In this document: in pieces, positions 1 through 11,110 of the stretch
How positions within the stretch are numbered: the first letter of the stretch is position 1
How the letters are laid out: each line of letters begins with the position of its first letter
NCBI GenBank assembly: GCA_030916945.1
Contig: JAUPVS010000003.1
Coordinates: 6,536-70,535 of the forward strand
Length of the DNA: 64,000 bases
From: Patescibacteria group bacterium
Lineage (GTDB): Bacteria > Patescibacteriota > Saccharimonadia > Saccharimonadales > JAUPVS01
Direction of reading: 5' to 3'
Notes under the pieces: model-generated
The model's input: the letters and a program-made list of their open reading frames with translations, nothing else
Told to the model about the DNA's origin: nothing
The model's database searches: none
Translations under genes and position numbers: made by a program

Positions 1-145
1 AGCTGGCCAAGATGCCTAGAACGGCACCAACTAAGGCAAAAATCCAGGCGTACTGACCAATCCACTTCTTTAAGCCGTCGGGTAACTGAAATGGTGCATC
101 GGTAACGAGCAGTTTGTTTAGTTTAGTTTCGAGATTGTTAAGCAT
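1..145 (-). CDS. hypothetical membrane protein, N-terminal part only (gene runs off the left edge)
   Basis: The reverse strand reads TAAGGAGGAACC-ATG (ATG at 145..143). It then encodes MLNNLETKLNKLLVTDAPFQLPDGLKKWIGQYAWIFALVGAVLGILA and stays open to position 1. It has a strong SD and a hydrophobic segment. It is absent from the ORF track because it is truncated. Confidence 0.5.
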   Translation of the reverse strand, partial: MLNNLETKLNKLLVTDAPFQLPDGLKKWIGQYAWIFALVGAVLGILAS

Positions 146-242
146 GGTTCCTCCTTAAGGATGTTGTATATCTTCAGCATACCCCTGTGGTAACAGTTTA
201 GGCAAGTATTTTGTACAATGAGCGCTAACATCACAAAAGCAG

Positions 243-248
243 TACAAT
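243..248 (+). promoter_or_regulatory. -10 box TACAAT, 8 nt upstream of the helicase ATG (leaderless-type promoter)
   Basis: TACAAT at 243..248, ATG at 257, and no SD in the 8-nt spacer. Confidence 0.5.
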
Positions 249-256
249 AGACCTAC

Positions 257-3200
257 ATGGGAAGCTATAAAGAAGAACTGCACAAACTGAACGCCGCCCA
301 ACGTCAGGCGGTCGAACATATCGACGGCCCGTTGATGGTAATTGCCGGCCCGGGTACCGGTAAAACCCAGCTGCTAAGCATGCGCGTGGCGCAAATTCTG
401 CAAAAAACCGATGCCAACCCGGCTAATATTCTTTGTTTAACTTTTACCGAGGCCGCCGCCCGCAACATGCGCGACCGTTTGAGCCAGCTAATTGGCGAGG
501 CGGCCTACCACGTAGGCATCTATACATTCCATGGCTTTGGCAGCGAGATAATCCAGCGTTACCCCGAGTATTTCATTGAACAGCCTCTGCTTAAACCCGT
601 TGAGGAGCTGGGTTCTTATGAGCTTCTGGCTGATATTTTCCAACATTTACCGCACAGCAACCCCTTGCAAACCAAACTGGGCGATGAGTTCCTACACCTG
701 CGCGCCACCCAGACAACCATCAGTTGGCTCAAGCAGGCTGGCATTGAACCGGACGATTTAGCGTCCATCGTAAAAGGAAACCGCGCCTTTACCAGTTACG
801 CCCAAAACCTCTTACCGGAAACTTTTGCCGACCGGCCTCACCCCAAGCACCTACCGATATATGAGGCACTGCTGGCTCACTTGCGGGCTTTTCCGGCTAA
901 AGAAGCTGATAGCTCCTTGGCACAAATGTGTACCAATGAACTAGCTTCGGCCATCGACGCCATTCAACCAGACGGTCGCTTTGCGCCGTCTATCACCGCT
1001 TGGCGTAACCGCTGGCTGGTGCAGGACTCGTATAAACACTGGCGAATGGCCGATCAGCGACGCACCAGCTTTTTAGAAGCCTTGGGCGTTATTTACAAAC
1101 GCTACCAAAAAGCCCTGGCAGACCGCGGTTGGTACACCTACGACGACATGATCTTGCGCGCCATAAAAGCCCTCGAGCAAGAGCCAGAGTTACGCCTAAC
1201 CCTGCAAGAGCAGTTTCAGTACTTAATGGTCGACGAATACCAAGACACTAATGGAGCCCAGAACCGCCTTTTGGAATTGCTAGCCGACAACCCGGTGCAC
1301 GAAGGCCAGCCGAACCTGATGGTAGTGGGTGATGACGACCAAGCTATCTATCGGTTTCAAGGCGCTGAACTGTCGGTTATGTTGGACTTTTTGAAACGCT
1401 GGCAGAATGTCACTAACATTGTTCTAAACCAGAATTACCGGTCGGGAAGTGAGCTACTGCAGCTAGCTCGGTCGGTAATTGTGCACGGTACCGAACGCCT
1501 CGAAACAGCCGTAGAAGGGGTTAGCAAAGAACTCCAAAGCGGCCATGCCACGCCGCCGCCTGCTAAGGTTGTCCGCATCCAAGGAATGTCGGAGCTTGAC
1601 CAATACGCCTTTGTGGCCAAAGAGGTCGAAAGGCTTATCAAGCAGGGCAAGAAGCCCAGTGACATTGCCATACTGGCCCCCAAACACAGCTATTTACGCG
1701 AAATCGTACCCTTCCTACTAGATAAGCAACTGCCAGTTAGCTACGAACGTCGTGAGCACATTTTAACCCAACCCAAAATTATCGAACTACTTGATCTAGC
1801 CCGCCTTATACAATTAGGTGCCAGCGGTGACTGGGCCGAGGCCAACGCCTTGCTTCCGCAAGTTTTGAGTGCCGACTACTGGCAGTTCGAACCCCAAGTT
1901 TTATGGCAGATTTCACTCGACGCCTACAAACACAAACGCCTGTGGCTCGAAATCATGCTCGATCACCCCGACAAACGTCTGCGCCACTGCGCCGAAGCCA
2001 TCACCACACTGGCCTTTCAGACCAGCACCCGGTCGCTTGATGACGTACTCGACACGCTAATCGGCAATCAACCGGTTACCCTAGCCGATGGCAGCAGCTG
2101 GCAGGTGCCGTACCGCCGTTTCTACTTTAGTAACCAACGTCTGCAAAGCCAAACCCAAGATTACTTTACGTTATTAGGCCAGCTCACCACCTTGCGTGAA
2201 CGCTTGCGCGAGTATCGTCCCGGCCAACCCCTTAATTTAGCTAATCTGGTCGAATTCGTCAGCCTGTACCAGCGCAGCGCCTTAAACTTATTAGACACCA
2301 ACCCGCACACCACCACACCGGAAGCCGTCGAGCTAATGACCGCCTACAAAGCCAAAGGGTTAGAATGGGACACGGTTTTTGTGTTGTCGTGCCACAACGA
2401 CGTCTGGGGCAGCAAAACGCGCAGTGGTTCATTCAGTTTTGGCTTGCCCCACAACCTAGAGTCAATCAAACCTGCCCGGGACAGCCTAGATGACAAGCTT
2501 CGTCTTTTTTACGTTGCTCTAACCCGTGCCAAATCTAATCTGTACCTAACCAGCCATCAGAAGAATCTAAACGGTAAACCGACCGAGTCATTAATCTGGC
2601 TCAATGACCAACCCGCACCTAAGCCACTGCCGGCTGCCCAGACAAACGATCTAATCCACAATCAAGCTGTGTTGTGGGGTCTTACTCAGGTGCAAAAACG
2701 CAGCCTAAAAGATAGCTTGCAAACCTTTTTGACCACCTATCAACTGAGCGCCACCCATCTTAATAGTTTCTTTGACCTAACCCGCGGCGGTCCACAGCAC
2801 TTCTTCTTTAGGCATATTCTGCACTTTCCAGAAGCAATCACTCCTAGTTCGGTGTTTGGATCGGCCGTTCACGAAGCACTACACTATGTTCACACCCAAG
2901 TCATCAAACAAGGCAAGCCACCCAAACTTGCCCAGCTCCAGGCCATTCTTACTAAGTCGCTGCAGAACTCGGCGCTGCCAAACAGTGACAAACAACGCCT
3001 CATCGAACGCGGTTGCGCGGCCTTGGACCATGTTTACCAACAGATCATGCCAACCTTTACAGCCAGCGACAAAAGTGAATACAACTTTAAGAACGAGGGC
3101 GTGGTGCTAGGTGACGCCCGTTTAACTGGTAAGATCGACGTTCTTCGCCAAACCAGCAATAACCAACTTGCCGTGGTCGATTACAAAACCGGTAATGCGC

Positions 3201-3538
3201 TGCAGGAATGGCAAGCCAAGGGGGCTTACCCACAAATACGAGCCCATTTATACCAGCAACAACTAGCTTTTTATAAACTTATGGTCGAAGGGTCGGCCAG
3301 CTATAACAAGCAGCAAGTAACTGAGCTGGCTCTGCAGTTTGTCGAGCCCAACGAAGATGGACAACTGGTATATCTTCCATATCAGCCTAAACCCCAAGAT
3401 CTAGACCGTTTGCAGAAACTGGTTGCTGCCGTCTGGAAGCATGTTATGGAACTAGATTTTCCTGATACTAGCCAGTACAGTCTTGATCTTAAGGGTGTCA
3501 AGCAGTTCGAAGATGATGTTATTGACGGGAAGCTTTAA
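257..3538 (+). CDS. UvrD/PcrA-family superfamily-1 helicase fused to a C-terminal PD-(D/E)XK (RecB/AddB-type) nuclease domain
   Basis: 1093-aa ORF. Helicase motifs: Walker A AGPGTGKTQ, VDEYQDTN, VVGDDDQAIYRFQGA, NYRS, LFYVALTRAK. C-terminal nuclease signature: GKIDVL...LAVVDYKTG. Confidence 0.85.
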   Translation: MGSYKEELHKLNAAQRQAVEHIDGPLMVIAGPGTGKTQLLSMRVAQILQKTDANPANILCLTFTEAAARNMRDRLSQLIGEAAYHVGIYTFHGFGSEIIQRYPEYFIEQPLLKPVEELGSYELLADIFQHLPHSNPLQTKLGDEFLHLRATQTTISWLKQAGIEPDDLASIVKGNRAFTSYAQNLLPETFADRPHPKHLPIYEALLAHLRAFPAKEADSSLAQMCTNELASAIDAIQPDGRFAPSITAWRNRWLVQDSYKHWRMADQRRTSFLEALGVIYKRYQKALADRGWYTYDDMILRAIKALEQEPELRLTLQEQFQYLMVDEYQDTNGAQNRLLELLADNPVHEGQPNLMVVGDDDQAIYRFQGAELSVMLDFLKRWQNVTNIVLNQNYRSGSELLQLARSVIVHGTERLETAVEGVSKELQSGHATPPPAKVVRIQGMSELDQYAFVAKEVERLIKQGKKPSDIAILAPKHSYLREIVPFLLDKQLPVSYERREHILTQPKIIELLDLARLIQLGASGDWAEANALLPQVLSADYWQFEPQVLWQISLDAYKHKRLWLEIMLDHPDKRLRHCAEAITTLAFQTSTRSLDDVLDTLIGNQPVTLADGSSWQVPYRRFYFSNQRLQSQTQDYFTLLGQLTTLRERLREYRPGQPLNLANLVEFVSLYQRSALNLLDTNPHTTTPEAVELMTAYKAKGLEWDTVFVLSCHNDVWGSKTRSGSFSFGLPHNLESIKPARDSLDDKLRLFYVALTRAKSNLYLTSHQKNLNGKPTESLIWLNDQPAPKPLPAAQTNDLIHNQAVLWGLTQVQKRSLKDSLQTFLTTYQLSATHLNSFFDLTRGGPQHFFFRHILHFPEAITPSSVFGSAVHEALHYVHTQVIKQGKPPKLAQLQAILTKSLQNSALPNSDKQRLIERGCAALDHVYQQIMPTFTASDKSEYNFKNEGVVLGDARLTGKIDVLRQTSNNQLAVVDYKTGNALQEWQAKGAYPQIRAHLYQQQLAFYKLMVEGSASYNKQQVTELALQFVEPNEDGQLVYLPYQPKPQDLDRLQKLVAAVWKHVMELDFPDTSQYSLDLKGVKQFEDDVIDGKL

Positions 3539-3540
3539 AA

Positions 3541-4233
3541 CTATTTTTTGCGGCGTGGAGCAGGCTTTTTAACAGCTCGTTTAGCAGGCGCTTTAGCTAC
3601 CGCCATGGCGATTTCTTTACTAGAAGCGAAGAAGTACAAATACAAGTTAGTACCAACAATACCACCAACCAGTGGGCCGGCGACGTAAGCCCAGCTCCAG
3701 TTGCGAACACCAAGAGCCACGGCTGGGTTACCAATACCGTTAGAGCCCAAAGCAGCGATTAGCGTACCAATAAAGATGGCCAAGGCTACGGTAGCGGCGA
3801 ACTGCAGACCTTCGTACTCTTGGTAGATGGCTGATGCCACACCAAAGGCAATCACAAAGCCGGCAATCATTTCGGCCACCAGAATCCGCCAGGCAAAGAC
3901 CATTTCGGTCTTAGGCAATTCCTGCCCAGTTAGGTAGGTGTAAAGCCACCATGCAAAGGCACCACCAGCAAACTGGGCGGCAATATAGGCGACGCCACGT
4001 AGGGTTGAAACCTTACGACTCGACCACAGGCCAAGCGTAACGGCTGGGTTGAACTGCGCACCCGACACCCGTGCCAAAAACAAAGCTGAGCCCAAGAAGG
4101 CCAGGGCCACACCAGTACTCAAAAAGTATGAATAGCCGACACCGGACTTACCAACCGCTAATAGAACCAATGTCAGTGCCGCGACACCGGTAAATTCGGC
4201 CGCTACAGCGGCTAACTTCAATCTTGAAAACAT
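3541..4233 (-). CDS. MIP-family channel (aquaporin/glycerol facilitator type) with a polybasic C-terminal tail
   Basis: 230 aa with six hydrophobic segments and two NPA boxes (QFNPAVTLG and GNPAVALG). The tail is AKAPAKRAVKKPAPRRKK. AAGGAGGG lies 9 nt upstream of the ATG. Confidence 0.85.
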   Translation of the reverse strand: MFSRLKLAAVAAEFTGVAALTLVLLAVGKSGVGYSYFLSTGVALAFLGSALFLARVSGAQFNPAVTLGLWSSRKVSTLRGVAYIAAQFAGGAFAWWLYTYLTGQELPKTEMVFAWRILVAEMIAGFVIAFGVASAIYQEYEGLQFAATVALAIFIGTLIAALGSNGIGNPAVALGVRNWSWAYVAGPLVGGIVGTNLYLYFFASSKEIAMAVAKAPAKRAVKKPAPRRKK

Positions 4234-4308
4234 AGTATGGAACCCTCCTTATGTATATGACCATAGCATAGTACGAAAACCCTAAATTGCCAACTGTGGA
4301 ATCGCTTG

Positions 4309-4737
4309 TTAACGACGAGGGTGACGACGACGCAGACCAGCTACCTGCAAACGAACCGCGTGGCGGTCGATCAAACTCTGGGCTTTGTCGAGCGATACTT
4401 GATCTTTAGCTTCGGCACGCATAGCTTGGGCGCGCTCGTAGGCCTTTTGAACTTCTTGTTCATTAATCTCGTCGCTGCGGTCGGCTTCGTCCACTAGCAC
4501 CCGGACTTTTCCTTCGACAACTTCTATAACACCACCGTTAGTGGCAAACAGTTCAAACTTGGCCGGTGGATCACCAGCCCCACGTTTAACCGTAATAACG
4601 CCAGGCACGGCCACACTAACTAATGGTGCGTGATTGGTAAAAACGCCGATCTCGCCTTGTGGGGTGGGGAGGCGTACTTCGTAAACTTCTTCGGAAAGCT
4701 TGGTTCCGTCTAAGGTAACTAACTCAAATTGCAACAC
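4309..4737 (-). CDS. atpC: F1 ATP synthase epsilon subunit, detached from the rest of the atp operon
   Basis: 142 aa. The N-terminal beta-sandwich pattern is MLQFELVTLDG...GEIGVFTNHAPLVS...G and the C-terminus is helical. GTG start at 4737 with GAGGAGA upstream. A TATAAT on the minus strand lies at 4779..4774. Confidence 0.85.
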   Translation of the reverse strand: MLQFELVTLDGTKLSEEVYEVRLPTPQGEIGVFTNHAPLVSVAVPGVITVKRGAGDPPAKFELFATNGGVIEVVEGKVRVLVDEADRSDEINEQEVQKAYERAQAMRAEAKDQVSLDKAQSLIDRHAVRLQVAGLRRRHPRR

Positions 4738-4788
4738 TGTCTCTATCTCCTCGGAGGTAATTATGTAGTACTATTATAGCAGGACACG

Positions 4789-5748
4789 ATGGCTTATAAC
4801 AGTGTAGTAAGAAGCGAGGGCAGGATGTTACGTAATCCCAAACGATTGTATCCAGTTATGGCAGCGCTAACGGCTTGCTACGTTGTTGCCACGCTTTTGT
4901 TTGTGCCTTCTACCAGCACCCTCAATGCCCTCAATATCTCTAGAGATAAGGCCTATGCCATCATCATAACCTTTGACTTGTTAATGACTATCCTGTGGAG
5001 TGTTGCCGCCTACGGTTTAGTGCAATTGGTAACCTATTGGCGAACGATCAGGCATACCAAAGACGGCGAGGGTATTAAGTATTTAACTTTGGGCCTGGGT
5101 TTAATTGCCTTTAGAATGCCAATAACGTCAATCATTGCCGCCATCTTTGGCAACATGTTCATAACCCATCCCAGTTTGACATCTACGGCAGTCATTTTTA
5201 ACAACTATCTAAGTGTCATCGTGGCTGTAGCCGGGTTTTCATTAATTGGCTTTGGTAGCGAAAAGCTTGTTAACCTGACCAGCAAGCGGCCGCATAAGTT
5301 TGTTACTTTTGGATTGCCGCTACTGGCACTAGCGCTGGTGACAGCCTACACTTTTATGGCAATCGGTAGGGGTGGCTATCAGGTACCGCCACCAAAGAGC
5401 CGAGCAAGTTTTTATTTGCCTGGCTGGTTAATCGTATCGACCATTATCGTACCCTATGCCTACGCCTGGTACCGTGCTTTGACGGCGACCTATAACCTTA
5501 GGGCCTACAGCCTAGGAGTTAAGTGTGTGGTCTACCGCGAGTCCCTGCAATGGATGTCGCGTGGTATTGGCATGGTCGTAGTCAACTCTATTATCCTGCA
5601 ACTAATTGGAGCGCGCGGCGGCCAGCTCAACAAGTTACGCCTGGCGCCGTTGTTATTCATGGGTGTATTTCTGATTTGTAGCATTAGTGCCGGTTATGGC
5701 ATGATCGCGTATGGTGCCAAAAAACTCAAACGCATCGAGGAAGTATAG
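4789..5748 (+). CDS. polytopic membrane protein, unknown function
   Basis: 319 aa with about 8 hydrophobic segments and no recognisable catalytic motif. It is first in a co-oriented run with the PAS kinase. Confidence 0.55.
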   Translation: MAYNSVVRSEGRMLRNPKRLYPVMAALTACYVVATLLFVPSTSTLNALNISRDKAYAIIITFDLLMTILWSVAAYGLVQLVTYWRTIRHTKDGEGIKYLTLGLGLIAFRMPITSIIAAIFGNMFITHPSLTSTAVIFNNYLSVIVAVAGFSLIGFGSEKLVNLTSKRPHKFVTFGLPLLALALVTAYTFMAIGRGGYQVPPPKSRASFYLPGWLIVSTIIVPYAYAWYRALTATYNLRAYSLGVKCVVYRESLQWMSRGIGMVVVNSIILQLIGARGGQLNKLRLAPLLFMGVFLICSISAGYGMIAYGAKKLKRIEEV

Positions 5749-5751
5749 GCT

Positions 5752-6000
5752 ATGCCTACCGCTTGCTACCGGCAGTTGATCAACGCCACGAGCGAACTTT
5801 TAGGTCCGGCCAGCCAACGCTTTATTGATCGGCAAATTCGCAACCACCTAAGCATCGAACCAAGTGACCTAACTAAGGCGGATTTGAAAAAGCTGATACA
5901 ATGGCTACGTTTGTCGGTAGGGGTATTAACCGACGACGAAGCCTTGTTGTATAACTACGATTTAACTCTTAAAAAACTTTGCGACGAGGATAAGTCATGA
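5752..6000 (+). CDS. hypothetical protein (82 aa)
   Basis: The ORF starts 4 nt after the upstream stop. Its TGA overlaps the kinase ATG (ATGA at 5997..6000). Confidence 0.45.
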   Translation: MPTACYRQLINATSELLGPASQRFIDRQIRNHLSIEPSDLTKADLKKLIQWLRLSVGVLTDDEALLYNYDLTLKKLCDEDKS

Positions 6001-7127
6001 AGCCAAATACCAATAAAACCAGCAACCTGCGCCGGCGCATCATCCAACTGGCCCAGCAACAGGCCGAAAACGAAGCTTTATTTGATAGCATCGGCCAGGG
6101 CGCTCTAGCCACTGATCAAGATGGTAAAATTAGTCGCATTAACCAGGTGGCGCTGGAAATACTTGGACTCAAGCGTAGCCAGGCGATTGGTAAATGGTTC
6201 CCAGAAGTCATTATCGCAGAAGATGAAAACGGTCAGGAAATAGAGCTTCTGGATCGACCAATTACAACCGCGTTTTTGACCGGCGAACCAGTTACTACAT
6301 CGATGTATTATCGTCATAAAAAGGGCAGTGTCGTACCAGTCAGCGTAACAGTTTCGCCGATACTTATGAACGGCCACCCAATTGGAGCCGTTGAGGTTTT
6401 TCGTGACACTAGCCATGAGCAAGAAATTGACCGGATGAAGTCAGAGTTTATTTACTTAGCGTCACACCAGTTAAGAACACCTTTAACGGCAATTAAAACC
6501 TATACCCACATACTACAAAACGGCTATAGCGGGCAGTTGACGGCCGATCAAACTGGTTTTATGGACAATATTATAGAATCTGTTGACCGTATGAATGAAA
6601 TTATTAACACCCTCCTGAACATTAGTCGAATTGAGTCCGGAAAACTAGTGCTCGATAGTAAACCATTGCTGTTAGCTAATATCATCGATCGCTGCCTACT
6701 TGAGCTGAAGCCACAAATAAAAGCCAAAAATCTGCAAATACGAACCAATATTCAACATCAGAATACTGTGAATACCGATCCTAACTTTGTTCATGAGGTT
6801 TGCGCCAACTTATTATCTAATGCCGTCAAGTACACGCCGGACGGCGGCAAGGTGTCTGTATCGATTAGACGCAGTGGTAACGAACAAATTATCCGCATAC
6901 AGGATACTGGTTATGGCATACCAATTTCATCCAAGAACCACATCTTTAACAAGTTCTATCGATCACCCAACGTAAAACAAATCGTTAGTGAAGGCACCGG
7001 TTTGGGGCTGTATCTTTCTAGCGGAATCGTCAAAGCCCTGGGTGGACAGCTCTGGTTCGACAGTGAAGAAGGCAAGGGTTCAACCTTTTACTTTGCCTTA
7101 CCCAGCCCAACTCAAGCCAAAAGCTAG
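5997..7127 (+). CDS. cytoplasmic PAS-domain sensor histidine kinase
   Basis: 376 aa. PAS-like N-terminus (ATDQDGKISRINQVALEILG). H-box SHQLRTPLTAI, N-box LLSNAVKYT, G-boxes DTGYGI and GTGLGL. No TM segment. Confidence 0.85.
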   Translation: MKPNTNKTSNLRRRIIQLAQQQAENEALFDSIGQGALATDQDGKISRINQVALEILGLKRSQAIGKWFPEVIIAEDENGQEIELLDRPITTAFLTGEPVTTSMYYRHKKGSVVPVSVTVSPILMNGHPIGAVEVFRDTSHEQEIDRMKSEFIYLASHQLRTPLTAIKTYTHILQNGYSGQLTADQTGFMDNIIESVDRMNEIINTLLNISRIESGKLVLDSKPLLLANIIDRCLLELKPQIKAKNLQIRTNIQHQNTVNTDPNFVHEVCANLLSNAVKYTPDGGKVSVSIRRSGNEQIIRIQDTGYGIPISSKNHIFNKFYRSPNVKQIVSEGTGLGLYLSSGIVKALGGQLWFDSEEGKGSTFYFALPSPTQAKS

Positions 7128-7182
7128 TGGTGTGAATAATCTAATAGCCCGGTTTTGCCACTAGTGATAGTGTGGGGTTACC

Positions 7183-7551
7183 ATGGCTAGAATACTTATT
7201 ATCGAGGATGAGAAAATCTTAAACGCTGCCTATCGTTTAATTCTTGAAAAAGAAGGACACGCAGTGACGACAGCGCATGACGGCCTAGCCGGTCTAAAGT
7301 TAGCCCGCTCGTTTAAACCCGATATAATTTTACTAGACCTATTAATGCCAGTTATGGATGGTGTTGAATTCCTGAAAGCCTATCAGCCCAAACAAAAACA
7401 CCCGCATTGTCATATCATTATCCTGAGTAACATCGATCAAGACACCAATATACAAAAAGCCTACAAGCTTGGCGCCAGTCGCTATGTTCTAAAAGCCGTT
7501 ACATCACCCCAGCAACTTGCCGTACTGGTCAACCACATCGTCAAAAAGTAA
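7183..7551 (+). CDS. single-domain (CheY-like) response regulator
   Basis: 122 aa. Motifs ILIIEDE, DIILLDLLMPVMDG and the conserved Lys region YVLKAV. There is no output domain. Confidence 0.85.
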   Translation: MARILIIEDEKILNAAYRLILEKEGHAVTTAHDGLAGLKLARSFKPDIILLDLLMPVMDGVEFLKAYQPKQKHPHCHIIILSNIDQDTNIQKAYKLGASRYVLKAVTSPQQLAVLVNHIVKK

Positions 7552-7640
7552 CAACCAGGCGCTGTGAGAAAGTTAACAGCCAGCTAAACATAAGCTTGTT
7601 ACTATAGGGGTACAGTTAAGTAATGGGAAGGAGACGAATA

Positions 7641-7805
7641 ATGAAGAGCGCGCAAGCAACAATTAAACGTCTAAAAGGTCGCATCGATAGAGATTACGAT
7701 GCCGATGAGTTCTACGACGAGCTCATGCAAGACTGGCATCCCAAAGCTCAGCGTCTACTAAGCCGCCGCTGGCGCAAGCTGAACCGCAAGCTGGCCGAAT
7801 ACTAG
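7641..7805 (+). CDS. small basic hypothetical protein (54 aa)
   Basis: GGAAGGAGA lies 6 nt upstream of the ATG at 7641, so this start is preferred over the ORF-track start at 7623. The protein is Arg/Lys-rich. Confidence 0.4.
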   Translation: MKSAQATIKRLKGRIDRDYDADEFYDELMQDWHPKAQRLLSRRWRKLNRKLAEY

Positions 7806-8488
7806 AGTTTGGTAGTCTTATCGATTCGGCCTAGCCCATAGTCGATATCAAGCGCTTCGTTTAAACGATCGGTGAAAACGATAAACTGTTTTCGCCGATC
7901 TTGCTTTATTATTCCTTGTTTGATTAAACGGTTTAGCTCAAGACCGGTTGTTTCTCGGGTCAGACCCATGATGTTAGCCAGCTCCTGCTGAGTTAGAGGT
8001 ATGGTTATTTGCACAGTGTCGGCCTTAATCTCGCGGCCAAAACGTAGTGCTAAGTAATGCAGGGTATGTATTATTTTGTCGATGGCCTTGGACTGCTCAA
8101 GCGCGTTGACGCGCATCTGAAAGTATAAATAACTGTCGATGAAATCACGATAAATCTGAAAGTTGAGCTGCGGATTACTTTGGACAAAATCTATATAGTC
8201 CTGTCGCGGAACGCAATACAGTTCACAATCACTAAAAGCACCGTAGTAGTACTGCGACCACTTAATCTTGCTAAAGACCCAACCAATCGGGAATAGCTCA
8301 CCGACAGTATCAAACGAAATTGGCTTTTCAACTCCGTCGGCCGTCAGCGCATAACCTTTAACAATGCCTCGTTTAATTACGTAGGCACAGTTGGGCGCTT
8401 CTCCTTCTACCAATATAAGCTCGCCCTTTAGGCACTTTTTAACAGGGTATTTGGAGGCGAACTCAAGTACTGCAGAGGCCGACGACAT
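7802..8488 (-). CDS. Crp/Fnr-family transcriptional regulator
   Basis: It has a cNMP-binding-type barrel (GELILVEGEAPNCAYVIKRGIVK) and a C-terminal HTH (TQQELANIMGLTRETTGLELNRLIKQG). The start is set at ATG 8488 because a minus-strand TATAAT (8501..8496) lies 7 nt upstream. Confidence 0.8.
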   Translation of the reverse strand: MSSASAVLEFASKYPVKKCLKGELILVEGEAPNCAYVIKRGIVKGYALTADGVEKPISFDTVGELFPIGWVFSKIKWSQYYYGAFSDCELYCVPRQDYIDFVQSNPQLNFQIYRDFIDSYLYFQMRVNALEQSKAIDKIIHTLHYLALRFGREIKADTVQITIPLTQQELANIMGLTRETTGLELNRLIKQGIIKQDRRKQFIVFTDRLNEALDIDYGLGRIDKTTKL

Positions 8489-8523
8489 AACCCCCATTAT
8501 AAACCTTATCCGCCTGGATAGGG

Positions 8524-10823
<2,300 letters not shown>

Positions 10824-10831
<8 letters not shown>

Positions 10832-11108
10832 TCTGTCTTTCCTGGGCGTACAAGGCCTGCTGAGCGCCAACCAGTAAACCACCGTCAACTGCAATTAAAT
10901 CGGCCATTAAGGGGTCGCCGGCAATTTGAACGGCCAAATCGTGGGCGGCTTCGTCGCTTAAACCGGCGGCTCGGGCGCCGGCGAAAAGATCACCACCACG
11001 GGCGCGGCCATCAATATCGGCCAAAGCCTCTAGGGCTATAACATGAGCTCGTTGGTCGATTTCTGGTTTAACATCTGTTTCTAGGTCTGGATTGTGTTCG
11101 CGTAACAT
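10824..11108 (-). CDS. operon-embedded acidic Ala/Gly/Asp-rich hypothetical protein (94 aa) between atpA and atpG
   Basis: Its ATG lies 2 nt after the atpA TAG. AAGGAGA sits inside the last atpA codons, 8 nt upstream. Its TAG overlaps the atpG ATG (AATGGCTAG). No family was recognised. Confidence 0.55.
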
Positions 11109-11110
11109 GG

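Noticed and set aside
10832-10894. The ORF track gives atpG a 21-codon extension.
   Set aside because: The canonical gamma N-terminus MASTQQLKRRMGSIKNT begins at 10831. The extension would run through the 94-codon ORF in another frame.
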